A program made the translations under genes and the position numbers. From NCBI GenBank assembly GCA_043753995.1, contig JAYUVP010000008.1, positions 1 to 26,319 of the forward strand: a DNA stretch of 26,319 nt, written 5' to 3'. The stretch comes from Fibrobacterota bacterium (lineage in GTDB: Bacteria; Fibrobacterota; Fibrobacteria; UBA11236). Shown in pieces: positions 16,813-24,652 of this stretch; within the stretch, counting starts at the first letter, position 1, and each line of letters opens with the position of its first letter. The notes under the pieces are model-generated. The model saw nothing but the letters and a program-made list of their open reading frames with translations. It did no database searches and had not been told where the DNA came from.

Positions 16813-18311
16813 AAAATCGACTGCGCGTCGGCATACCCATTATCGGCAGTCGCGGCTGGATGGGTGGCGTCTCCTATGTGGAATTGCTGGCGAAATCCCA
16901 GGCCCTTTTAGGTGAGCAAAGCGGCCTTAGTTTAGCGTTGATTATAAAGCCCGACTCCCTCTCCAGCCTGGATTTGCATACCGCCATAGTGCCACTTTTT
17001 GATCAAGTGATTTTCTGGGTGCCGCATGGTGTGCGGCCGCAAACCGAAAGTGCCAAGGTCCGGATTTGCCATGATCAGGCCGAGCTATTTCGCGCTATCG
17101 ACGTTTATTTTCCCTTGCCATGGGACGCTTGGCCCGCATGGCCCGTTGCCAGTTGGTTGCCGGATTTTCAACATCGGTTTCTTCCCCAATTTTTCAGCCC
17201 CGAAGAAATCGTCAATCGGGATCGGGATATCGGTAAGGTGGCGGAACAGTCTCCCTTCGTTGTTTTGAGCAGTCGAACGGCCGAGGAGCATTTTCGCTAT
17301 TTCTATCCGCAAAGCCAAAGCATCACCCGGGTTTTGCCTTTTCATGCTCTCGTCGATGAGACTGCCTTTGAGCGTGACGCCGCCCAGGTCGCCTCGCGCT
17401 ATGGTCTTCATGAGGATTATTTACTGTGCTGCAATCAATTTTGGAAACACAAGGATCATGAGACTTTGTTTCGGGCTTTAGCCCTTTGCGCGGCGCAGGG
17501 AAAGCGGTTTCTACTAGCCTGTACAGGAGCTATGGAAGACTACCGTCATCCCAATCATATGCGCGACCTGAAGGCCTTGATTCAAAACCTGGGACTTGGA
17601 ACGCAAGTTCGGCTGCTCGGAACGGTTCCGCGTGAAGATCAAATGCAATTGATTCGCCGCGCTACTGCCATGGTGCAACCTTCGCTTTTCGAAGGATGGA
17701 GCACCGTGGTTGAAGATGGTCGCGCCTTAGGAAAATTGCAAGTCTTGAGTGACTTACCTGTGCATCGCGAACAAGCTCCGGAGCCTTGCCATTTTTTCCG
17801 CGCGGGAGATGCCCAAGCCTTGACGGAAGCCTTGCTCGCCGTCGCTCCGCAATTGCGGGCCGGGCCAGATATTCAAGCCGAGAAGAAAGTCCGCCAAGCC
17901 TCGATTCAGCGTGTGAAGGCCTATGGCTTGCGCTTTGAGCAAATCATGCGCGAATGTTTGCGAGTAAAACAAGGCGAGATTTTGCCAAAAACTATCCGCG
18001 ATTCCGAAATGCTAGGAACCAAGGTCGAAAGCCAGGTTGATGCCGAAGCGAAGCGGCGCAATCAGGCCTTGCTCGCCTTTCGCGCAGGCGATTTTGAGGC
18101 CGCAGAAACCCTTTTGCGCCAGGCCTTGCAGTTCGATCGCAGCGCCTTGCTTTGCAATGATTTGGGCGTGGTATTGGTCGCTACTGGCCGGCATGAAGAA
18201 GCGAAGCGGCATTTCGGTGAGGCCTTGCTTTTGGATATGAATCACGAGCGCGCCTCGGATAATCTGTTCGCCGTTTTGCATGCCTCTTTAGGACAAGGAA
18301 ATCCCGCATGA
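16809..18311 (+). CDS. GT4-family glycosyltransferase with C-terminal TPR
   Basis: Motifs WMGGVSY, WLPDFQH, NQFWKHKDH, QPSLFEGWSTVVED and LSDLPVHREQ. TPR-like tail (AGDFEAAETLLRQAL; NDLGVVLVATGRHEEAKRHFGEAL). ATGA overlap at 16809. Confidence 0.87.
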   Translation: MKNRLRVGIPIIGSRGWMGGVSYVELLAKSQALLGEQSGLSLALIIKPDSLSSLDLHTAIVPLFDQVIFWVPHGVRPQTESAKVRICHDQAELFRAIDVYFPLPWDAWPAWPVASWLPDFQHRFLPQFFSPEEIVNRDRDIGKVAEQSPFVVLSSRTAEEHFRYFYPQSQSITRVLPFHALVDETAFERDAAQVASRYGLHEDYLLCCNQFWKHKDHETLFRALALCAAQGKRFLLACTGAMEDYRHPNHMRDLKALIQNLGLGTQVRLLGTVPREDQMQLIRRATAMVQPSLFEGWSTVVEDGRALGKLQVLSDLPVHREQAPEPCHFFRAGDAQALTEALLAVAPQLRAGPDIQAEKKVRQASIQRVKAYGLRFEQIMRECLRVKQGEILPKTIRDSEMLGTKVESQVDAEAKRRNQALLAFRAGDFEAAETLLRQALQFDRSALLCNDLGVVLVATGRHEEAKRHFGEALLLDMNHERASDNLFAVLHASLGQGNPA

Positions 18312-21300
18312 TATCGGTTCTCGTCTATGGCCGCAATGACGCGCATGGCTATAATCTTCACAAGCGCGCCGCTATTTTCTTCAATACCATGGGACGTCAA
18401 CTCACGGCACCAGGCGACGAAATTGTTTTTGTCGACTGCAATACCCACGATGCTTTGCCGACCTTCCCCGAAGCCTTGCAGGATTTGCTCACCCCCGAGG
18501 CGCGTGCCTTGGTGCGTGTATTGCGAATTAGGCCCGCGACATTCCGAAAGGCCTTGCCCAATACCCGCCTGCCGGTGACCGAAGCGCTTTCCCGCAATGT
18601 GGGATTGCGCCGCACCCTGCCCAGCAACCGGTTCGTTCTAAGCACCAATAGCGACATGGTCTTTGTGGCTAAACGCGGGCATAGCCTCAGCCAAGCAGCC
18701 GCCAATGCGCCAGAGCATCATCATTTTTTGCCGCGCTTTGACGTCCCCGAATGGCTTTGGGAAGCGATGGATCGCCGCGATCCCGAAAGTGTCGAAAAAG
18801 CCTTGGCCGACTGGTCGACGCGCTTTCACCTCAATGAAATATGCCGACATAAGGAAGACATTGCCTTTGATTCTCCAGGTGATTTTCAGCTTATGCCGCG
18901 CTCTTGGCTTTTCGCCATTCACGGCTTTGACGAACGCATGAATTTGGGTTGGCATATCGATGCCAATATCGCGCGTCGCCTCTGGCTCAAATACGGCCAG
19001 CCTCGTGATTTCGCCGAGGATTTCGAAGGATTTCACCTCAATCACAATTTGCAGCACAATGCCCTGCATGATGAAAATCTTACGCGCAATGACTTGAAGC
19101 GATTTTGTTTCGACTTGAGGGTGGCGGACATTCCCGAGCAGGCCGAAACCTGGGGCTTGGCAGGAGAGGACATCGAAGAAATACGCTTACCTAGCCGGCG
19201 CTTTCTGTCCTTTAAACAGGCCTTGGAAAGTGCTCAGCCTGCGGCACCGGCAACGCCTGCGACTAGCTGGTGCACTACCGACTCCTATAATGAAAACCTT
19301 TATTATGACGTCCCCCACGTATTTCCCTTTGTCGCCAATTTTTTGGCGGGTTGCGCGCCGGGAACTCAAGTTGGTTTTTGGGGGCTGAATCCACCCATGG
19401 CCAAGGCCATCGCCAAATTGCTGGCGGAAATGGGGGAGGGGCGCAAACTTTTAGTCAGCCAGGAATTGGCCAAGCTCGACAAGGGCATGATGGAAATTCA
19501 AGGTGCCAGCGATTTGGTTTCAGTGGCAGACTTGGCTGTGAAAAGCGACATCTTTCTCATCGACTTTCACATGGGCCTATTCGAAACCGTGCAAAGCGAT
19601 CGCGGCATGCGTTCCCCTGCCGATAAAGAGCGCAATCGAGTCTATGGTTCTGCGCTTTCTTCCGGCGTCATGGAATTGGCCAAGCTCGATAGGCAGCGCA
19701 TGGCTTCGGGGCAAGCGTCTACGCGTCTATTCGTCTTCGTGGGATTTCAAAACACCTTATTCGAAGACATCGTCACCTTTGAATTCACATTGACCATGGG
19801 TGCTTTCGCTTCGCATGTGCATCATGGCACCGTACGTAAGCATTCCAAATTCGATCCGGTGCGTGGCACCCCGCCGGCACCCGAGGCCTTGGCACCTAAT
19901 CCCTCCGAGGGTAATGCCTCCTCCTCCGGATCCGCCATTCCCGCTTGGTCGCCTGCGCCGCGCGATAAAAGCCTGGGCTTCAATGTGATTGGCTATTTGA
20001 CCAGTCATACTGGCTTAGGTGTTGCGGCTCGCAATACCATGCACCTTTTGCAGAGCAAAGGTTATCCCGTAGTTGGCTTGGACATCGACCCCGGCTTGGG
20101 GCGCACCAATCAAGATCATACGGTGCGTCACCTCTTGGCCGATCCCAATCAGCCTTTGCCGCATCCCGTCAATATTTACCACATGAATCCTTGGGAAGTT
20201 GCGGTGCTATTGCGCCAGGGCCATCCCGCCATTCAAATCGCAGGTCACATGAATGTGGCTGTGCCTTTTTGGGAGCTTTCCCGCATACCGAGCAATTGGG
20301 TGCCCGTGCTTGCCTCTATGGATTTGGTTTTGGCTCCCACGCGTTTCGTGCAGGATGCCATTGCTTCCCAGGTGGGCGGCACGGCGGTGAGGCATTATCC
20401 CCAGGCGGTCAGCATACCTGAGGACATCAAACCGAATCGTGCGCGATGGAATTTGCCAGAAGACGCCGTGGTATTCGGGTTCAGCTTTGATTTCACCAGC
20501 GTCATTGAGCGCAAGAATCCTATTGGGGTGATACAGGCCTTTCTCAAGGTATTTCAAGGCCGTAGCGATGTGCATTTGGTGGTCAAGATGAATCACAGTG
20601 CGACCTTGGATGCCTATACCAAGGCGGCCGCGCGCTTCAAGGAAATGGAAATCCATCATCGCAATATCCACGTGATAGATGCCTCCTTGCCTTATCGTGA
20701 TGTTTTGGAAATCATGGCGGGTTGGGATGTCTATGTCTCCTTGCATCGCGCCGAAGGCCTGGGGCTGGGTTGCATGGAATGCATGACCATGGGCAAGGCC
20801 GTCATGGCCACGGGTTGGTCCGGCAATATGGATTTCATGCATGATGCCAATTCGATTCTGGTATCGCATAAGCTCATCGGCATTGATCCGAATAGCGTCT
20901 ACAATTCTTGCCTCAATGGCGAAAAAGGTCATGTTTGGGCCGATCCTGACGTAGAAGAGGCGGCTCTGTGGATGAAGCGGCTCGGCGAAGACGCTGATTT
21001 ACGCCGCCAACTCGGGAAACGTGCGCGTTACGACATGGCTCGTCTGCGTGAAGAAGTGGCCAAGGGCGATTCCTTCGTGCAAATCGAAAGCTTTTACAAG
21101 CAATGGGTGTATAAACGGGTTGCTCGCATCGGTTCCATGGATGCCTTGGCCAGTGGTGCCCAAGCCACCGCCTCGGCGGGTATACGCGTCATGGCAGAAA
21201 GGGCCGGCAGGCCGGTGCCTGCCGATGTGAATAGGCCCATAGCCTCCACGGGAAGTCCGGTTGGAAATTCGGGAATCCCCGGTCCTAGGGGTGCTCAGGG

Positions 21301-22411
21301 TCTCAAAGTTTTAATTCAGAATCGATCTTCGGCCGATGTGGCTCCCGGTGGAGACACGGTGGTGATGGAAAAGTATCGCAGTCATTTAGAGGCAGCAGGT
21401 TTGCGCGTGGTGGTGGATCACGATCCGAAAACCAATCGCATGCCTTATGACTTGATTCACCTCTTCAACCTGGTTTTACCTCAGACCATAGAGCCTTTGG
21501 CGCGCTTGGCAAAAGATGCGGGCAAACCCTTTGTGGTCGAAGCCTTTCAGGAAAATCAGGCTTTGTACTTAGGGCGCAGTATTGCCTTTTACCGTCTCAT
21601 TCTCGCCTATTTACAGCAGGGCCAAAAACGAGAAATGCTGCCCAAGCTGCTCGACTTGATGCGCATGGCCGAATCGACACCGACCGACACTTCGGCTTTC
21701 ACCGCCAATGAGGCCGCAGCCGTCATCACCAGCAGCCGCGAGGAAAGCGATTACTTGCGCAGCCTTCATCCCGAAGCCCGTACCGTGGCCATTCCCCATG
21801 GCGCCGACATCGAACCCGTAGACGAAGGTCCTGAGGCATTTGAACGTGCTTTTGGCGTCAAGGATTTCGTGCTATGCGTGGGTCGATTGGAAACGCGTAA
21901 AAATCAATTGGCTTTACTCACTGCCCTTGAAGATGAAGACATGCCCATTGTTTTCGCCGATGGAGCGGTTTGCTATGCACCTGATTACAGTACGGCTTGC
22001 CGCGTTTTCCGGCGACGAGGCCAAACCCTATTCACTGGACGGCTTTCCAAGGCCATGCTGGTGTCGGCCTATCGTGCCGCGCGTGTGCATGCCTTACCAA
22101 GCTGGTATGAATTACCTGGGCTCGTCACCCTAGAGGCTGCACTTTATGGTTGTCCGGTTGCCGCCACTTTGGCCGGTGGCATTCGTGAATATTTGGGGGA
22201 CACCTGCGCCTATTTTGAGCCAGGTGACGTGAATGGCTTGCGGCAATTGATTCGCCAGATCTATGCTAAGCCGCGAACCACCGAAGCCATGGCCCGGGCT
22301 AAACGCTATACCTGGGAGTCTGCGGTGGGGCAGGTGATACAAGTTTATCAGGATGTTCTGGAAGGCCGTTCGGTCCAAAGGGCTGAGCGCTTTTCCCTGG
22401 TGACGGCATAA
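18308..22411 (+). CDS. Multidomain glycosyltransferase: GT-A (GT2-like) + unknown domain + GT4 + GT4
   Basis: GT-A part: GRND, EIVFVD, RNVGLRR, STNSD and GFDE. First GT4: ERKNP and EGLGLGCME (EX7E). Second GT4: GGD, VGRLETRKNQ and ELPGLVTLE (EX7E). Pro/Ser/Gly linkers separate the modules. Confidence 0.88.
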   Translation: MISVLVYGRNDAHGYNLHKRAAIFFNTMGRQLTAPGDEIVFVDCNTHDALPTFPEALQDLLTPEARALVRVLRIRPATFRKALPNTRLPVTEALSRNVGLRRTLPSNRFVLSTNSDMVFVAKRGHSLSQAAANAPEHHHFLPRFDVPEWLWEAMDRRDPESVEKALADWSTRFHLNEICRHKEDIAFDSPGDFQLMPRSWLFAIHGFDERMNLGWHIDANIARRLWLKYGQPRDFAEDFEGFHLNHNLQHNALHDENLTRNDLKRFCFDLRVADIPEQAETWGLAGEDIEEIRLPSRRFLSFKQALESAQPAAPATPATSWCTTDSYNENLYYDVPHVFPFVANFLAGCAPGTQVGFWGLNPPMAKAIAKLLAEMGEGRKLLVSQELAKLDKGMMEIQGASDLVSVADLAVKSDIFLIDFHMGLFETVQSDRGMRSPADKERNRVYGSALSSGVMELAKLDRQRMASGQASTRLFVFVGFQNTLFEDIVTFEFTLTMGAFASHVHHGTVRKHSKFDPVRGTPPAPEALAPNPSEGNASSSGSAIPAWSPAPRDKSLGFNVIGYLTSHTGLGVAARNTMHLLQSKGYPVVGLDIDPGLGRTNQDHTVRHLLADPNQPLPHPVNIYHMNPWEVAVLLRQGHPAIQIAGHMNVAVPFWELSRIPSNWVPVLASMDLVLAPTRFVQDAIASQVGGTAVRHYPQAVSIPEDIKPNRARWNLPEDAVVFGFSFDFTSVIERKNPIGVIQAFLKVFQGRSDVHLVVKMNHSATLDAYTKAAARFKEMEIHHRNIHVIDASLPYRDVLEIMAGWDVYVSLHRAEGLGLGCMECMTMGKAVMATGWSGNMDFMHDANSILVSHKLIGIDPNSVYNSCLNGEKGHVWADPDVEEAALWMKRLGEDADLRRQLGKRARYDMARLREEVAKGDSFVQIESFYKQWVYKRVARIGSMDALASGAQATASAGIRVMAERAGRPVPADVNRPIASTGSPVGNSGIPGPRGAQGLKVLIQNRSSADVAPGGDTVVMEKYRSHLEAAGLRVVVDHDPKTNRMPYDLIHLFNLVLPQTIEPLARLAKDAGKPFVVEAFQENQALYLGRSIAFYRLILAYLQQGQKREMLPKLLDLMRMAESTPTDTSAFTANEAAAVITSSREESDYLRSLHPEARTVAIPHGADIEPVDEGPEAFERAFGVKDFVLCVGRLETRKNQLALLTALEDEDMPIVFADGAVCYAPDYSTACRVFRRRGQTLFTGRLSKAMLVSAYRAARVHALPSWYELPGLVTLEAALYGCPVAATLAGGIREYLGDTCAYFEPGDVNGLRQLIRQIYAKPRTTEAMARAKRYTWESAVGQVIQVYQDVLEGRSVQRAERFSLVTA
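19462..19689 (+). repeat. 18-bp exact direct repeat GGAATTGGCCAAGCTCGA (19462-19479 and 19672-19689)
   Basis: Both copies read directly from the sequence. They are 210 bp apart, in frame, and each encodes ELAKLD. Confidence 0.85.
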
Positions 22412-22412
22412 A

Positions 22413-22437
22413 AAAAGGCGGCCAAGCGCCGCCTTTT
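22413..22437. terminator. Bidirectional rho-independent terminator
   Basis: AAAAGGCGGC-CAAGC-GCCGCCTTTT is a perfect 10-bp inverted repeat with A and T tails, between convergent genes and directly after the GT stop. Confidence 0.85.
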
Positions 22438-22463
22438 CTATTCAAGCTATCCCTCGAATGCTA

Positions 22464-23066
22464 TCAAAACCAGAAACGAGCGCCTATACCGCCATTGACG
22501 TCGAAATCCGGTCCCGGCAAAACATAAAGTACCGGAGCGAGTTCAAAGAAAAAATCAAAGGGTATGGCTCTCGGCATGATGGCTATGCCAACCGTGCCAC
22601 GCCCGCCTATCCAGCTTTGATCTCCCCACCAACGTCGATATTCGTATTGCACGCCACCACCGAAATAGAGCGGAATCGGTACGCTGGCGCGAATAATATC
22701 GAAGCGATGAACTAAGTAATCGATGTGAAAGTGAAAATTGGACCAGCCATTGTCGCCACCGCGGCGGTAATAAACCCCTTGGCAGAAATTCCAATTCGCA
22801 TTTCGGAAACCGGGATCGTCGCATCGACCATCACCGTAATAACGACCGTAATAGTTGTCGTTATTGTATCCCCAGCTATTCCAACCGACCACGAAGTCCA
22901 AGGCGGTTCGGCTCGACAGCCAATACTTCAGATTAATTCCGGTCGGATCGCCCAATTCCAAGCCGATGCCGAGCTTACCGGCCTGAGCATCTGAAATCGT
23001 TTCCTTGGGGAAAGCCAGAAAGGCTAAGCCCGCCAGGGCTAAAACAGGGAGAGAAAATTTTCGCAT
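22464..23066 (-). CDS. Small outer-membrane beta-barrel protein (DUF3996-like)
   Basis: Signal peptide (MRKFSLPVLALAGLAFLA...), LGIGLELGDPTGINLKYWL, alternating amphipathic strands and a C-terminal GIGARFWF aromatic BAM-type signal. SD GGAGG. Confidence 0.75.
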   Translation of the reverse strand: MRKFSLPVLALAGLAFLAFPKETISDAQAGKLGIGLELGDPTGINLKYWLSSRTALDFVVGWNSWGYNNDNYYGRYYGDGRCDDPGFRNANWNFCQGVYYRRGGDNGWSNFHFHIDYLVHRFDIIRASVPIPLYFGGGVQYEYRRWWGDQSWIGGRGTVGIAIMPRAIPFDFFFELAPVLYVLPGPDFDVNGGIGARFWF

Positions 23067-23186
23067 GAAACCTCCGAATGGAGTGATTGGTATTCAATCC
23101 CGAAGCTCGGGTTGCCGGTTCGCCTTGGCGTCCCAAAATTAGGCGTTCACCGTCACGAGGAAACTCGCCGGCCAACGCCAGTCAAG

Positions 23187-24419
23187 TCAGTCTTTCAAGC
23201 GAGTGCGAATGCGCTCGACAGCCGCAATCACATTGTCGCGCAGGCCGAAAGCCGAGAGACGGAAATAGCCCTGTCCACAACTGCCGAAGCCGCTTCCGGG
23301 TGTTCCGACGACATGGGCCTGGCTCAGTAATTTATCGAAAAAGGCCCAGCTGTCCAAGTTACCAGGGGTTTGCAGCCAAATGTATGGGGCATTCACCCCA
23401 CCGAATACCGTATAGCCCAGCCCTTTTAAGCCTTCGCGGATGATGCGGGCATTTTCCATGTAATAGGCGATGGTTTCACGCATGGCCTTTTGCCCCTCGG
23501 GCGAAAATACGGCTGCAGCGGCCCTTTGAATAGGGTAGGAAACACCGTTGAACTTGGTGGTTTGTCGGCGCATCCAGAGGCTATGCAGGGAGACCTTTTC
23601 GCCTTTGTCATTGAGGGCCATGAGGCTCTTTGGCACCACGGTATAAGCGCAACGTGTTCCGGTAAATCCTGCGGTCTTGGAAAGGCTGCGGAATTCGATG
23701 GCGACTTCGCGGGCACCGGGAATTTCGAAAATGCTGTGGACGGCACCAGGTTCAGTAATGAACGCCTCATAGGCTGCATCGAATAGAATGAGGGTGCCAT
23801 TTTTGCGAGCATAATCCACCCACTTCGTCAGCGAAGCTCGGCTCATCAGAGCTCCGGTCGGATTATTGGGAGAGCAGAGATAGACGATGTCCACGGCCTT
23901 GTCTGGCAAAACCGGATCAAAGCCGTTTTCTGCTGTGGTCGGCAAATACACGAGGCCGGCATAACGTCCCGTAGCATCCATGCTACCTGTACGCCCGGCC
24001 ATGACATTGGTGTCGACATAAACCGGATAAACAGGGTCGGTTACCGCGATGACATTGTCGAGCCCGAAAATTTCTTGGATATTGGCCGTATCGCATTTGC
24101 TGCCATCGGAGACGAAAACCTCGTCGGCATCGACCTCGGCGCCTTGTCCGCGAAAATGGGCGGCTATGGCTTGAAGTAAAAAGTCATAGCCTTGCTCGGG
24201 GCCATAGCCTTTGAAGGTTTCTCGTTTGCCCAAGTCGTCCGCGCCTTGTTTCAGGGCGGCAATCAGGGGTTCGGCCAAGGGCAAAACCACGTCGCCAATC
24301 CCCAACCGAATGATGGAGGCATCGGGATTTTCTTGCTGAAAAGCTTTGACGCGGCGGCCGATTTCGGGAAAGAGATAGCCAGCTTGCAGCTTTTGATAAT
24401 GGGAGTTGATCTTGGCCAT
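23187..24419 (-). CDS. dapL: LL-diaminopimelate aminotransferase
   Basis: [78 protein letters not shown] and TPGSGFG. The homologous start is the ATG at 24419, not the track's 24494. Confidence 0.96.
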   Translation of the reverse strand: MAKINSHYQKLQAGYLFPEIGRRVKAFQQENPDASIIRLGIGDVVLPLAEPLIAALKQGADDLGKRETFKGYGPEQGYDFLLQAIAAHFRGQGAEVDADEVFVSDGSKCDTANIQEIFGLDNVIAVTDPVYPVYVDTNVMAGRTGSMDATGRYAGLVYLPTTAENGFDPVLPDKAVDIVYLCSPNNPTGALMSRASLTKWVDYARKNGTLILFDAAYEAFITEPGAVHSIFEIPGAREVAIEFRSLSKTAGFTGTRCAYTVVPKSLMALNDKGEKVSLHSLWMRRQTTKFNGVSYPIQRAAAAVFSPEGQKAMRETIAYYMENARIIREGLKGLGYTVFGGVNAPYIWLQTPGNLDSWAFFDKLLSQAHVVGTPGSGFGSCGQGYFRLSAFGLRDNVIAAVERIRTRLKD

Positions 24420-24652
24420 GCGACTTTGGGGGTAAGGGGGAGGTGACGGCGAGCACTTAGGGCCAGGCAAAGTACCCGGGCCTTGGGCTACCACCGTTTT
24501 TTGAGATCTTAAAGACCGATCTGATGGGTCGCTAAGGTAATTAATTGGGGTCTTGACCCTCCTTTGTTGGGTCTATCCAAGACCACCCTTGCGTTTTTAG
24601 TGTTTCAGCGGCACGATCAGGGTACAATGATCACATAACCTGGGAGCGTAGA

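Noticed and set aside
20207..20932. 241-aa minus-strand ORF
   Set aside because: It lies wholly antisense to a conserved GT4 domain and has no motifs; a codon-bias shadow.
24433..24446. Strong SD-like TAAGGGGGAGGTGA on the + strand upstream of dapL
   Set aside because: It is on the wrong strand for dapL, and no properly spaced start codon or meaningful ORF follows it.
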